From the NCBI GenBank assembly GCA_024704765.1, contig JAKMXF010000332.1, positions 416,018 to 480,017 on the forward strand: DNA of 64,000 bases, read 5' to 3'. This document shows, in pieces, positions 53,083 to 64,000 of the stretch. Made by a program: the position numbers and the translations under genes. Position 1 is the stretch's first letter. Each line of letters starts with the position of its first letter. Under the pieces are notes generated by a model that made no database searches, was not told the DNA's origin, and saw only the letters and a program-made list of their open reading frames with translations. Source of the stretch: Oopsacas minuta (lineage: Eukaryota; Animalia; Porifera).

Positions 53083-56000
53083 CAGGGTGTTTCGAAAGTC
53101 TTGGCCGCGGTTGCTTCCAAAGATTATAGTGTATTCTTTCGATAACCAGAATAGCTAAACCAATAAAATATACCATGTGAATTCAGCCAATCACTAACAA
53201 CAATACAAACAATTTACAACTCAAATAATCTTTCTAATCACTGTCGTCGGGCATTTTTGAGAGGAAGAATATCGGGGAGCATGGAATTGCTGTCTGTTCA
53301 AGAGAAATAGAAATGCTTGAAGCAGTTTGGAAACAGAAAAATGTTGCTCTGGATCTAGGTGTTGGAATACGGTCTGTAGAATATGGTGGGCTCAAACAAA
53401 CAAGGTAGTACAATGGCTACAAAATTATGGTCTGGGTGCAAAAAAGTCCTGAATCGTGCAGCCAAAATTGGAATTTCTAAATCTTAGGGGCAGAGGAGGC
53501 ATTCAAGAAGAAAAATTTCCAAGAATCTGGATGAAAAGGGTAATAATGATTCTTCAGCCACTGTCTATCGTCACCCAAGCAAAGACTTTGAGCTTAGGCC
53601 TTAAAAGACCGAAAAAACCTCAAAATGTTGAGAAAATCAAGGAAAATCACATATTCTTTGCTAAAATCATAAACATTAGACCAGGGGTGTCCAACCTGCG
53701 GCCCGCTAGCTAACTTTGTCATTGTGCTGTACATTTTCCGGGATGCTGCATCAATGCGAATTTTGAATGCTTCTAATATAGTTGGGTTTTGGTTTATAGT
53801 TATTAGTAAAGTCTAATTGCGAATACCTATAATTTATCTATTCCTATAGTTAGTTATATTTGTTTTGGATTCCATACAAATCTGACTACTGTTTCACGAG
53901 TTCTGAAATCTCGAATTTTATTATATATATGTATATGCCACTTTCTTTACATGATCACTTTTCAAATTGACATAGTATTATAATACACGTCTAAGATACC
54001 TTCGCCATGGCATCCATTTCTAACAAGATAAGGAAAGTAGAAGATGAATTAAGGGTTTTTCAAACTAGATGGACTGAAAGTTATTCTTTATTGAATTTAA
54101 CAACACACCTATTTGTCTTATATGTAATGAATCTACATCTGTTCTAAAGGAATATAATGTTAAACGCCATTGTGAAGCTATTCATGGAAAGGAATATATC
54201 ACCATACAAGGAGAATTTGGAAAGATAAAATATTACAATTGAAAAAGAATCTAACCAAACAACATCAAATCTTTGAGAATCTAAGGGACTAATCTGAATC
54301 TTCTGTAAAAGCTAGTTATAAAGTTTCGGAAATAATTGCAAAGAAGTCCAAACCATTTTCAGATGGAGAGTTTATTAAAGAGTGTTTGAGAAGTGTTGCT
54401 GAAATAATATGCCCAGACAAAACAGATGAGATTTCAAAGATAAGTCTATCTCATCAGACAATAGCAAGACGTATAGTTGATTTGTCTTGCTCAATTGAAA
54501 ACAAGTTGATCTTACGAGCTTCAAATTTCAGGTTTTATTCATTGGCACTTGACGAAAGTACAGATGCTGCGGATACTGCTCAAGTAGCTATTTTATACGC
54601 AGTCTCGAAGACGATTTCAACATTACCGAAGAAATGGGCGCTTTAGTCTCATTAAAGGATACCACGAAAACGAATGATATTTATAAGGCAGTTACGACTA
54701 CACTGGCAAGATTTGCTTTAGATTTCGGTGAAATTTCGGAAAAAACGACGCATGAAGCTCCAGCAATGGTAGGTAAAAGGGAAGGCCTTATGAAGTTAAT
54801 TGAAAACGTAGCGCTGCAGTCAGGTAATACTAATTTAATGAAATACCACTGCACTATTCATCAAGAGAACCTATGTGCCAAATCTCTTAAAATTGAAAGC
54901 GTAATGAAAGTTGTTATCAAAACAGTTAACTTCATTCGCTCCAGGGGACTTAATCATAGACTGTTTCAAGAATTGCTGAGTGATTTCCATTCAGAATTCG
55001 GTGACATTATTTACTATGCTGAAGTTGGATAGTTGAGTCGTGATAAAATGTTACAACGATTGTTTGATTTGGAAGATGAAATTCAGATGTTCACGCAACG
55101 AAAAGGGCAACCAATTCCTGAATTCCAAGTCGACGAATGGTTGTGATTTTGCTTTCTTAATAGATATTGGTTCTCACTTGAATGAATTGAAACAAGACTT
55201 CAAGGAACAGACCAACTAATCTCTACGATGTTTGATCATATCAATGCTTTTCAAATTAAGCTTAGTTTGTGGGAATCTCAACTCAGAGTAAAGAATTATG
55301 TTCATTTTCCAACAATAAGAATGCACAAAGTGAATGATCCTGAAAGATCGCCAAATAAATTTCGTCTTTAAGAGAAGAATTCAATGATAGATTCCAGGAT
55401 TTCAGAAAATACAGTCCCTATTTGAGTCTATTTTCATCTCCATTCGAAGTAAATATAGATTCTGTGACAGAAAATCTACAAATGGAGTGCATTGATATGC
55501 AATGTGATTCTCCTCTAAAGGATAAATTTGGTCAAGTAGACAACCTTAAATCTTCCCTCAGAGTAGCAAGTTCTGCGATCTCTCCTAATATAGTATCTCT
55601 TGTTGCAGCTAAAAATTTCCAAGTCTCCCATTAATTTATAGCCTTATTATCATAAATTATATTCTTAATTAATTAATTATCCTAAACAATAGAAATAATT
55701 TAAGAATACGATGCGGCCCGCGTCAAAATTCTTGTACAAGCTGTGACCCTTTGCAAATATATGTTGGACACCCCTGCATTAGACTGTGGTAGACCTAAGG
55801 AAGGTATTTTGGTCTGATGAATCTCCATTTGAGATGTTCGCCTCAAAAATCGGCAGAATAATCGAATCTGGTGTAAAAACTCTGTGGAATACTTCCAATT
55901 CTCAAAGTGAAATTTCCACAGACAATCATGGTTTGGGACATGATGTCGTTCGCTCCACTCTCAACTACACGTTGTACCCCAAAGGCAGTCCGTAAATGGC

Positions 56001-56428
56001 GCATACTACAGCGAAAACATTTTGTCAGTCACAAGTTTGAATGCAATCAGTCGTTCCACCTCAAGTAAAGGCGTTCTTCAGCGAGCAATGTTGCCAAACA
56101 TGTCCGAACTTCTGTTCATCCAGGATGGTGCTCCAGCACATACCGCTAAAGCAACACAGGAATGGTGTGCGCAACATTTCCCATGCTTCTGGAAGAGAGG
56201 AGAGTGGCCAGCCAATTCACCAGACTTAAATCCCATCGAGAACCTTTGGGCAATTATGGTTGATCAACTTGATGAATTGGGACAAGTTTCGAATAATCAA
56301 TCTCTAATTCAGAAGTTAAAAATAGCCTGGGAAAGTATCGATCCTGATATACTCAATTATTTAGTTTCAATTATGCCTAATAGAATTTAAAGAGTAATAG
56401 AATTGAATGGAGATGGTATTGAAAAATG
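53083..56428 (+). mobile_element. Tc1-like DD37E element split by a hAT; right TIR not seen
   Basis: TA+CAGGGTGTTTCG left end. HTH region 53280-53680, then VFWSDESPF, FIQDGAPAH-...-NSPDLNPIENLW with 37 residues between D and E. Confidence 0.85.
53682..55776 (+). mobile_element. Buster/Charlie/SPIN-type hAT, disrupted
   Basis: Perfect TIR CAGGGGTGTCCAAC; perfect 8-bp TSD CATTAGAC (NNNTANNN). ATG at about 54007; CLICNE..KEYNVKRH, SLSHQTIARR, SLALDESTD, YHCTIHQENLC. Confidence 0.93.
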
Positions 56429-56454
56429 AATTAGCTTGTATTAGTATGTTTGGA

Positions 56455-57225
56455 TGAAATATAAGATAATATTTATAGAAATACCAAAGGACTATTTCAA
56501 GATGTTTACTCTTCAGCAACAGTACTTGTATTTCAAAATGGGGAAATTCGCATGTGAATATGTATCTTATTATTATTTCATGGCACATTTAACCTTAGTT
56601 GATAAATTCATTGAAACTTAGCAAATACAATGAATTATTAATCTCTACTCAAAATTTCGAATATTGATTATATTTAATCTATTTTTGGAATATATAGAAA
56701 CTAAATACTATGACATAGTTGAAATTTCTCGTAGATTCTATAATTCATTGTGGAATTCTTAATGAGTCGACTGAGATTAAACAGTTGATATTGCAGTAAT
56801 CTTTATGTGTTACTATAGTTAGAATGGATTGGAATGTTTGGTTAAATTTGTGTGCTTAGTACATATTTAATAGAGACTCGACTCAAACAAGACAATTTTC
56901 AAACCTAAATATCTTAAAAAGTTTTGACAATTTTAAGATAATATTTTAAACACGTAAACGTTCATACAGCAGGAATACCTGCCCATGATTTCAGGAACGA
57001 ATAATTTGTTCAAGTATACTAAATTCATATGTGAACTACTGCTGGTTAGATGCACCAATTTCTATTAGAAAAATACAAATTTATAAAATACAAAATTCAT
57101 TTTCAGAAACGTCTCTATCTCTTCTTTCGAATGGTCCAAAGATATTTACATTCCAACCATGGGAAGTTAGTCTATTAATCGTTGAAGTACTGCTGGTCGA
57201 ATATTCAGCCAACTCTACACTCGTA
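56455..57225. repeat. Unclassified dispersed repeat, copy B
   Basis: Colinear match to 15130-15890. Confidence 0.85.
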
Positions 57226-57826
57226 TATTTTCATTAATTGTCCTGATCTTCATTATAAATATTACAAATGTTGGATATCATATAATTATCCAAAATATTC
57301 AATTCTTGCAACTTGCATTCGTGCTGATGATGCAATACTGATGCTCATTTGGAACCGAATATCATTCCTTTGCCGTGGCTTATCCAAAGAGACCATGTAT
57401 CCCCCCTAAATATTTTCGATTGTGGGTGTGAAAAGACTACCAAACAAAAATATATACATCATTCCAGCTTTTTTAGATAAATGTAATAAATTTTATTTTA
57501 CTTTTATAATCACAAATGTCTACAAAACTAAATCAATTTTCGATTCTTATTTGCTATTGTACTAATATTATCATCTGGATGCTGACCCATAACACTTTTA
57601 TACATGGCTATTAGGGCTAGCTTTGTTAATCATTCTTCTGCCATCGTTTTTCCTTAAATACGTCCTCATACGCTTAAAGGTGAGAAACAACTTTCACTGC
57701 TTGCAGTATTGATTCGTGGGGTAGCAAAAATCTGCAAAGTATCCTGAACATGGCTGTAAAAATATCTTTGTTACAATTCCGCTAAAATTCCACAGCAGTT
57801 TCAGATATCAGTTCGTCCTTATATTA

Positions 57827-60116
57827 CACAGGTCAACAAAATTTAACTTCATTTTCTCATCAAGTATTAGATTGACATTTTCTAAGCTAGTTTTTACGCT
57901 GAATTCAAATCTGCTTTCAGATTCTTTCCAGCACGTCCAGTTTTTTTTCCATCTACAAGTCAACGATTTTTATGTATTTCCTAATTTTTTCCTGTTATTT
58001 TATGGTAGTGGCTGTCTCTTTGTCTTCTTACATGATAGCCATCTGAAATACATCAACGTTTCGATGTTTTAGATTAATGTAAGATAATATCAGTTATTAT
58101 CCTAGCTCTTACATATAATTATTCACATTTATGCATGTATCAACTACTCACAAACTAAGGGGAAATACATATCCATCTAGAAGTATAAAGGTAGTTAACT
58201 AAATTAAAAGTGTTGAGAGTACAACTTTCATTCATATATCTTGTTGGGATTATCTCTGAAGAGCCTCCAACAGTAATCGGACATCATGCCCTCATTCCAG
58301 AAACCTTGGTATCGGGTTTCCATCTCCTGTATGTCTTGGTGGAATCTCTCACCCTGTTGATCACTTACAGCACCAAGGTTCTCAGGGAAAAAATCAAGGT
58401 GAGAGTGCAAGAAGTGAAGTTTTAGCGACATGCGACAGCCCATCTTCTCGTATGCGTTAAGCAAGGTTTCCACTCCTTCTCTGTAGTTGGACAACTTCTT
58501 GTTGCCCAAAAAGTTTTCACAAACCCATTTGAAAGAATTCCAAGCACTCATTTCTAATTCGGATAATGTCTTCTCAAAATCTGGATCTCTGAATACTTGT
58601 CTGATTTGTGGTCCTACAAATACTACCTCTTTTAACTTTGCCTCGCTTAGTTTCAGAAATTTGCCTACTAAATAGAGAAATCCTGCTGAATTTGTTTTTT
58701 TGCCCATTGTTTTAACGAATGTTTTCATTAATCCAAGTTTAACATCAAGTGGGGGAAGAAAACTTTGTTTAGATCTACCCATGGCGAATGCTGTAAATTG
58801 GTTTTCCCCACTTCATAGATTCTCTTCGGCCAATCACATTTTTTATAATGTTCACCAGTTGCTCGGCTGTCCCATAGACATAGGAAACAACAATACTTTG
58901 TGAAACCTTGTTGCAAGCCCATCAATAGCCCGATCATCTTAAGATCACCGCAGAGATTCCATATGTGTTCTATACTGTATTGCCTCCAAAACTGCCTGCA
59001 AATTGACCAAGGTTTCTTTGAGATAGACGGAGTGAGCAATTGGAACGCCAGGCTTTAGATTTTCGTTATGCAACAGAACAGCTTTCAAACTGCGTTTTGA
59101 CGAGTCAATGAAAAGGCGCCAATCAGAAGAAGAATGTTCTTGTAATAGGTTTGCATAGAGTCTTCGATATCATTACAATAGCACAGTGGACCATCAGTGG
59201 TGTAGTATTGAGCGAGATTGAAATTTCGCTTGCGATAGTGGGATAGTAGGACATCTTTGTCGAGCAGGTTTTTCTGTTTGAGCCTGGATGCAAGGAGTTC
59301 AGCTTTGTCTTTAGATAAGTCTAGATCCCTGAACAGGTCATTCAATTCTCCCTGTGTAAATGTTTGTGGCTCTAGTAATTCATCTTCCGGGACATAATTA
59401 GCATCTGTTGAATCTGGATGAAGATCTTCCACCATATCAGACCCGATTTTAATTTGCTGTGGCTTGGGAATTGGGATTGGTAATGAGATGTCGTGTGGAA
59501 TTGGCCTGCGAGCAGAATCCAAGTCTGGGTAAACAAGAGCGTGCTTATTCTTGGCTGAGAATCCTGTAATGTCGATAAGGCAAAAGTAACAATCATCCAG
59601 GTGATATTTCTGTTCCCTCCAGACCATGGGTATTGCAAATGGCATTGAAACTTTCCTTTTGTACAACCAATCACGTAGTCCACTTGAACAAGAAGTGCAT
59701 ATAACATGTGGTGCCCACAACTTGTCTTGGTCACCAAGTAGACATTCGAAGTACAATTTGTATATGTTCTTTAATTGATTTGTGATTGGTCGTCTTTGTG
59801 ATTTTACGCAAAAAAGACCACAAACGTAACAGAAATTGTCGGGATGAGTTCTACAATTACAATACATGTTTATAATTTGATTTGCTTGAATTCAAATAAG
59901 TAAAGTCATTTATATTCCAGATAATTGAATCAAAATAGGCATGCTCATATAGCAATTTAGTAACAAGGTAATACTATACTATTGAAAAAATGGATATTGG
60001 ATTTCAGAATAACTAGACGTGCTAGAGAAATTCTGATTGCAGATTCGAGTTCAGCATTCAAAAGTATGCTAAGATAAATGCATGTGATCTCTGATGAGAA
60101 ATCTTGTTGAGTTGTG
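57827..60116 (-). mobile_element. Full-length Chapaev3-like (CMC) element, frameshifted
   Basis: CAC...GTG termini, TTA TSD both sides, about 100-bp imperfect TIRs. ORFs 59867-58228: FCYVCG, LGDQDKLWAPHVIC, PMVWREQ..H.DDCYFC, CGDLKMIGLLMGLQQGFTKYCCFLCLWDS, LHFLHSHLDFFPENLGAVSDQQGERFHQD. Confidence 0.9.
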
Positions 60117-60479
60117 TTATTTATCAGCTCAAATATATTGCCAAATTTCAATTGTGCTTGGATTCCCAAGGCAGAATGGCAACAATGGCTCTAAAGTTCC
60201 CAAAACATTTCGTAATTGATCTAAAGGTATTTTTGCATCATTGGATAGAGATTTTGCTGTATAAAAACCTTTTCATTGTGTTTTAAGAATCTTGTTTTAA
60301 GGTTATCTACCAACAACCGATAATAGGGAATGATTATATTATCTTTATCGAAATTTCTTCTCGGCCAATGAATTTAGAGTTATTTCTTGCTGGACCTCTC
60401 GGAAGTGTTACAAAAGAGCCGAAAATTTCAGCTTTAGATATAGCTATCACAAAATATTTTGCTCATTAATTTATCATCT

Positions 60480-61800
60480 TTCTCTATGACTGAACAAACA
60501 CAACCAAATTTAAGTTCTGCGACTGTAATTGTTTGGAAACATTTAGTAAAAATTGACATTGACTTTCTAAAACTGTAAAAGAGTATATGAAGTCAAATGA
60601 AGTACAAACATGAACTAGCTGATTGGACTTAGAAGCTGTTTCGCTTCCTGGCACTTGAGTTAGTTCCTCCAAAGCTCTAAACTTTTGCTTCTATAAATTC
60701 CATAAATTCCAATATTGCATCATGTACCTCAACCTATCTTCTAGCCTTAAGAGTTTTCAATCGCTGCTGTTTCGATCCCGAGCTTAATACTTGAATTGAC
60801 TTTCGTAATCTCTCCAAAGTAAAAGATATTCATGGAAAATTGAGATTATTGAAGTGAGAATAGAAATATATTGCTAAGCAGACTATCTTTCCAAAATGGG
60901 AATTTAAACTATGTGATGAACAATGAATATAATGGACCATTAGATACTTTTCACTTATCCACGTCTGTACTCGTTTGAATTACCCAGACTTTGCATTAGC
61001 CCCATCTATTCCAAGCCAACCAAATTTCTCAAATCAAGACCAGGAGATTTAAGGGATGACACAATTGAACTTGCAATTCCTTCCTCAGTTAATTCAGTTC
61101 CTGTGACAAGAATAGAAAACTCTTCGTTTAAGATTATGGCACTATTATTTGAGATATTAATAGTAATTAGCGAACTGAGATTGACAACTGTTCTTGTGAT
61201 GAAACATTTGTTAACTCGTCAGCTAAAATAGAAAAAGAGACACTTTCATGTACTTCAGAAACAATCTTTTCTATAATAATTGATCCACAAATATTGATGA
61301 TTTCGTTTTGTATATTTGGGGCTAAAATATTTAGAAATTGCACCACTAGATACTAGGTGTTCCTTTAATAGAGAGTATCCCCCTCTTAGACTTAACGGAA
61401 TTGCAACACGAAAAATGTTGCTTTTTCAGTTGGTCATGTAATGTTTAATTTGAAGATTCTCCTCAATGCCCATACTAGGATCGTTCCTGCTGATCCAGAA
61501 AAGTTTCTATTATAGTCACAAGTCTATCACGGTTAGTTTGTTACTGTTGCATTCGTTGTTGGCTTAGTTGGCCACGAATATTCAACCCATAAGTCTGAGG
61601 TATCCGTTTGAAAGTTTCGCATTTCACAAACCAATCTTTGTAGTAAGCAAGCTGACTATGAGTGTTAAATGTATTATGGCCTTTTGTAGTTGCTGAATTG
61701 AGAAATTACTAAAGATCCTACTTTTTTACCTTCCTCCTTTAATAACTTGCTCATTTTCTCTATCTAAAACAGTACATACATTTTATAAAATGCTCCCGAT
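60480..61800 (-). mobile_element. Degenerate hAT (DUF4371-type) transposase remnant
   Basis: IQNEII.ICG, FSILADELTNVS, GLDLRNLVGLGIDGA with many frameshifts; ends not found. Confidence 0.6.
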
Positions 61801-62099
61801 AAGTTTAAGATTTAGCTTCAGTAATAAAATGAATAAGTCAAAACTTCTGAGACACCTGTATATTTACATGATTTTTCTCCTTTCAAGATAATTCAAGTGG
61901 ATATTCACTTTTTGAATTCGCGAGCACAGCTTGAGAGAAAAATTCAGTGCGGTTCTGGCGAATGCAAAGGTTTACAGTATATTCATAAAACCAACAAACA
62001 AATTTCCATAAGAGAAACTTGTAACTGCCAGATTCAAATTCATCTTAATTGGTTACCACATGTTATCCGGTGATAGCAGGTCTCTATATAAATTTTAAG

Positions 62100-63496
62100 A
62101 TTCCAACAATTCGTTAAGATACTTCCCAAAATACTTGTGACTCAATTTCCTTTAAGCATTAAAATATCAGATCGTTTAGACGGTTCTGGTGCTCACCAAG
62201 TCAATAACCAAATCAGGAAAGTCCCACAATCAATACTAAAAAATTTCCTCTTATTCGCCCTTACGATTCTCTCTATTCCAGATTGCTCTAACCGTAAAAT
62301 CTCGGTAAACCCAACTTCAAATTCTTGTTTTCAGATTCGACCTATCGCATTGTTGGCTATGAAAGAAAACGAAGAGTATGTCAAACATCTATTGGATTCC
62401 TATATAAATCCGGAAACAAAATTGATAGCACAACAAAGATTTGAGTTAGAACAAAGTGGGACGATTAGAGATAATGTCCCGGCACTATATTCAATGGAAA
62501 ATGTCAGGCATTCTTACAGGTGCAGCAGGTGCAAAATGTCAACTGTGTAAAGCTACATACGATCAAATACATGTTCTAGAATTTGTTGAATCTGGCTTGC
62601 ACATCAACCGAACTATTTCAGTAGCCAAAGAGATATTTTCTCAAGTTAACACAGAAGAACATTTATTACTTCCACATTCACAAAGATTTAGCTTAACACA
62701 TGAGCCCATTTCCGATTTAGACTTTATTTCTGTTCTCCCCTTAACCCTTACACTAATGTTTTCCGCTGGTTCATCTTACTTATTTATCATCTGCATTCAG
62801 GGTCGAAAAATGGTTACCAACGTGTGCTAAAGTGAAATATTCCTAAAAATTTGTAACAAGTTTTTTTGAAAGAGAAACTGGTATGATAATAGATCAACCT
62901 TCAAGTTCAGGAGGAACCACTTCCGCTGGTAATATCGACGAAGTTGCTTTGAGAATAAAGAAATTTAATTTGCAGGATTACATCTTTAGTTCAATATCAA
63001 TTTCGCGATTCTTTGGAACTAACACACCATTCACTCTGTCATTTGACGTATCTATGGCTGTGTCAAAGAAATAGATACAGAACAACTTGACCATGTTTGC
63101 CGTGATACGTATGTGTTTATATTAACCCAGTTTCCGTGGGTTAACATTAGTCCATCAATAGATAAACTGTTATCTCATAGCACGGAATTGATTCAAGAAA
63201 GTAACAATGGATGCGGTTTGAAAAATCTTTAAGAAGAGGGACTTGAATTTTGCAATAAGTTCATTAGCATGTACCGTGAGCATCTAGCTTGTAAAAATTC
63301 ATTTACCTCCAATACGAGGGACATCATAGTGCGTCTTCTCTCCCAAAGTGATCCTATGCTCAATACCTTTCGAAATGTGGTAAAATGCAAGAAGTGTGGG
63401 GAAGTGAGCTACAATTACAAACTGAATTGCAAAACTACTAGTGCATTAGAACAAGATCAATTATTCAACTCATTAGTCCTTGAATATAGTTCTTAA
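62100..63496 (+). mobile_element. Transib-like (RAG1-core-related) transposase pseudogene
   Basis: DRLDGSGAH, NPTSNSCFQIRPIALLAMKE, GAAGAKCQLCKAT, GMIIDQPSSSGGTTSAGN, EEGLEFCNKF..YREHLACK, RLLSQSDP. TIRs not located. Confidence 0.75.
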
Positions 63497-64000
63497 GGCG
63501 TTCTAAAGTTTGTATTCGTCATTTGTTAATTGAACTATTACCATTAGAAAATATAATTAATAGTTATAGTGATGACGTCATAAAACATGAAATAGAAGCC
63601 GTATATAAATCTTGGGTATACAAATCTGTTTGGAAGGGTCTCTATCACATATGTAACTAATACATTGGCTATGGCTAGGAACAACGGAAATGCCTATTTC
63701 CGCTTGATCGGTCTAACGTGGTGTTTTAACATTTTGCCATTCCATTGCATCTACAACGAGAATGTGGGGTTTAATTAAAGCTCTCAAGACTCAAACCAAT
63801 TGTTGCATCCTTCCAGTTTGTAAATCCAAGATGAATGAAAGAAATTTTTTTTCGGTCAATTTTATCTTTCATTTAGATAAGTCATGACTGTAATATAAGA
63901 ATACTCAACAGTCTTTAGACAAGAATAAACACAATCTATCTCAGGACACGTATCAAACCATTCAAATAACAATGATCTTTTCGTGATAGAATCCTTTCGA

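Overview
AT-rich eukaryotic DNA, probably from an animal with fast-evolving proteins (inferred only from the MCM3 C-terminus; the organism cannot be identified). One host gene is present: MCM3 (replicative helicase subunit) on the minus strand. It has four exons (51205-50568, 16394-16015, 13858-13459, 3025-2128) giving a 2,316-nt, 771-aa intact ORF over about 49 kb, with GT-AG introns of 34,173, 2,156 and 10,433 nt. Introns and flanks are packed with decayed, partly nested DNA transposons: two mariners, a maT/DD37D-like Tc1, a DD37E Tc1, pogo/Tigger, three hATs, three MULEs, PIF/Harbinger, Chapaev3-like, three Transib-like remnants, possible P-element and Helentron-type remnants, plus faint LTR-retroelement debris. 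None has an intact transposase. The most unusual items are a Mutator family whose FLYWCH-MULE transposase ends in a C3HC4 RING finger (two diverged copies), two long intronic foldback palindromes, and the giant-intron architecture of an intron-poor essential gene. There is no CRISPR array, no rRNA and no prokaryotic feature. Superfamily calls rest on recognising motifs by eye, not on database searches.
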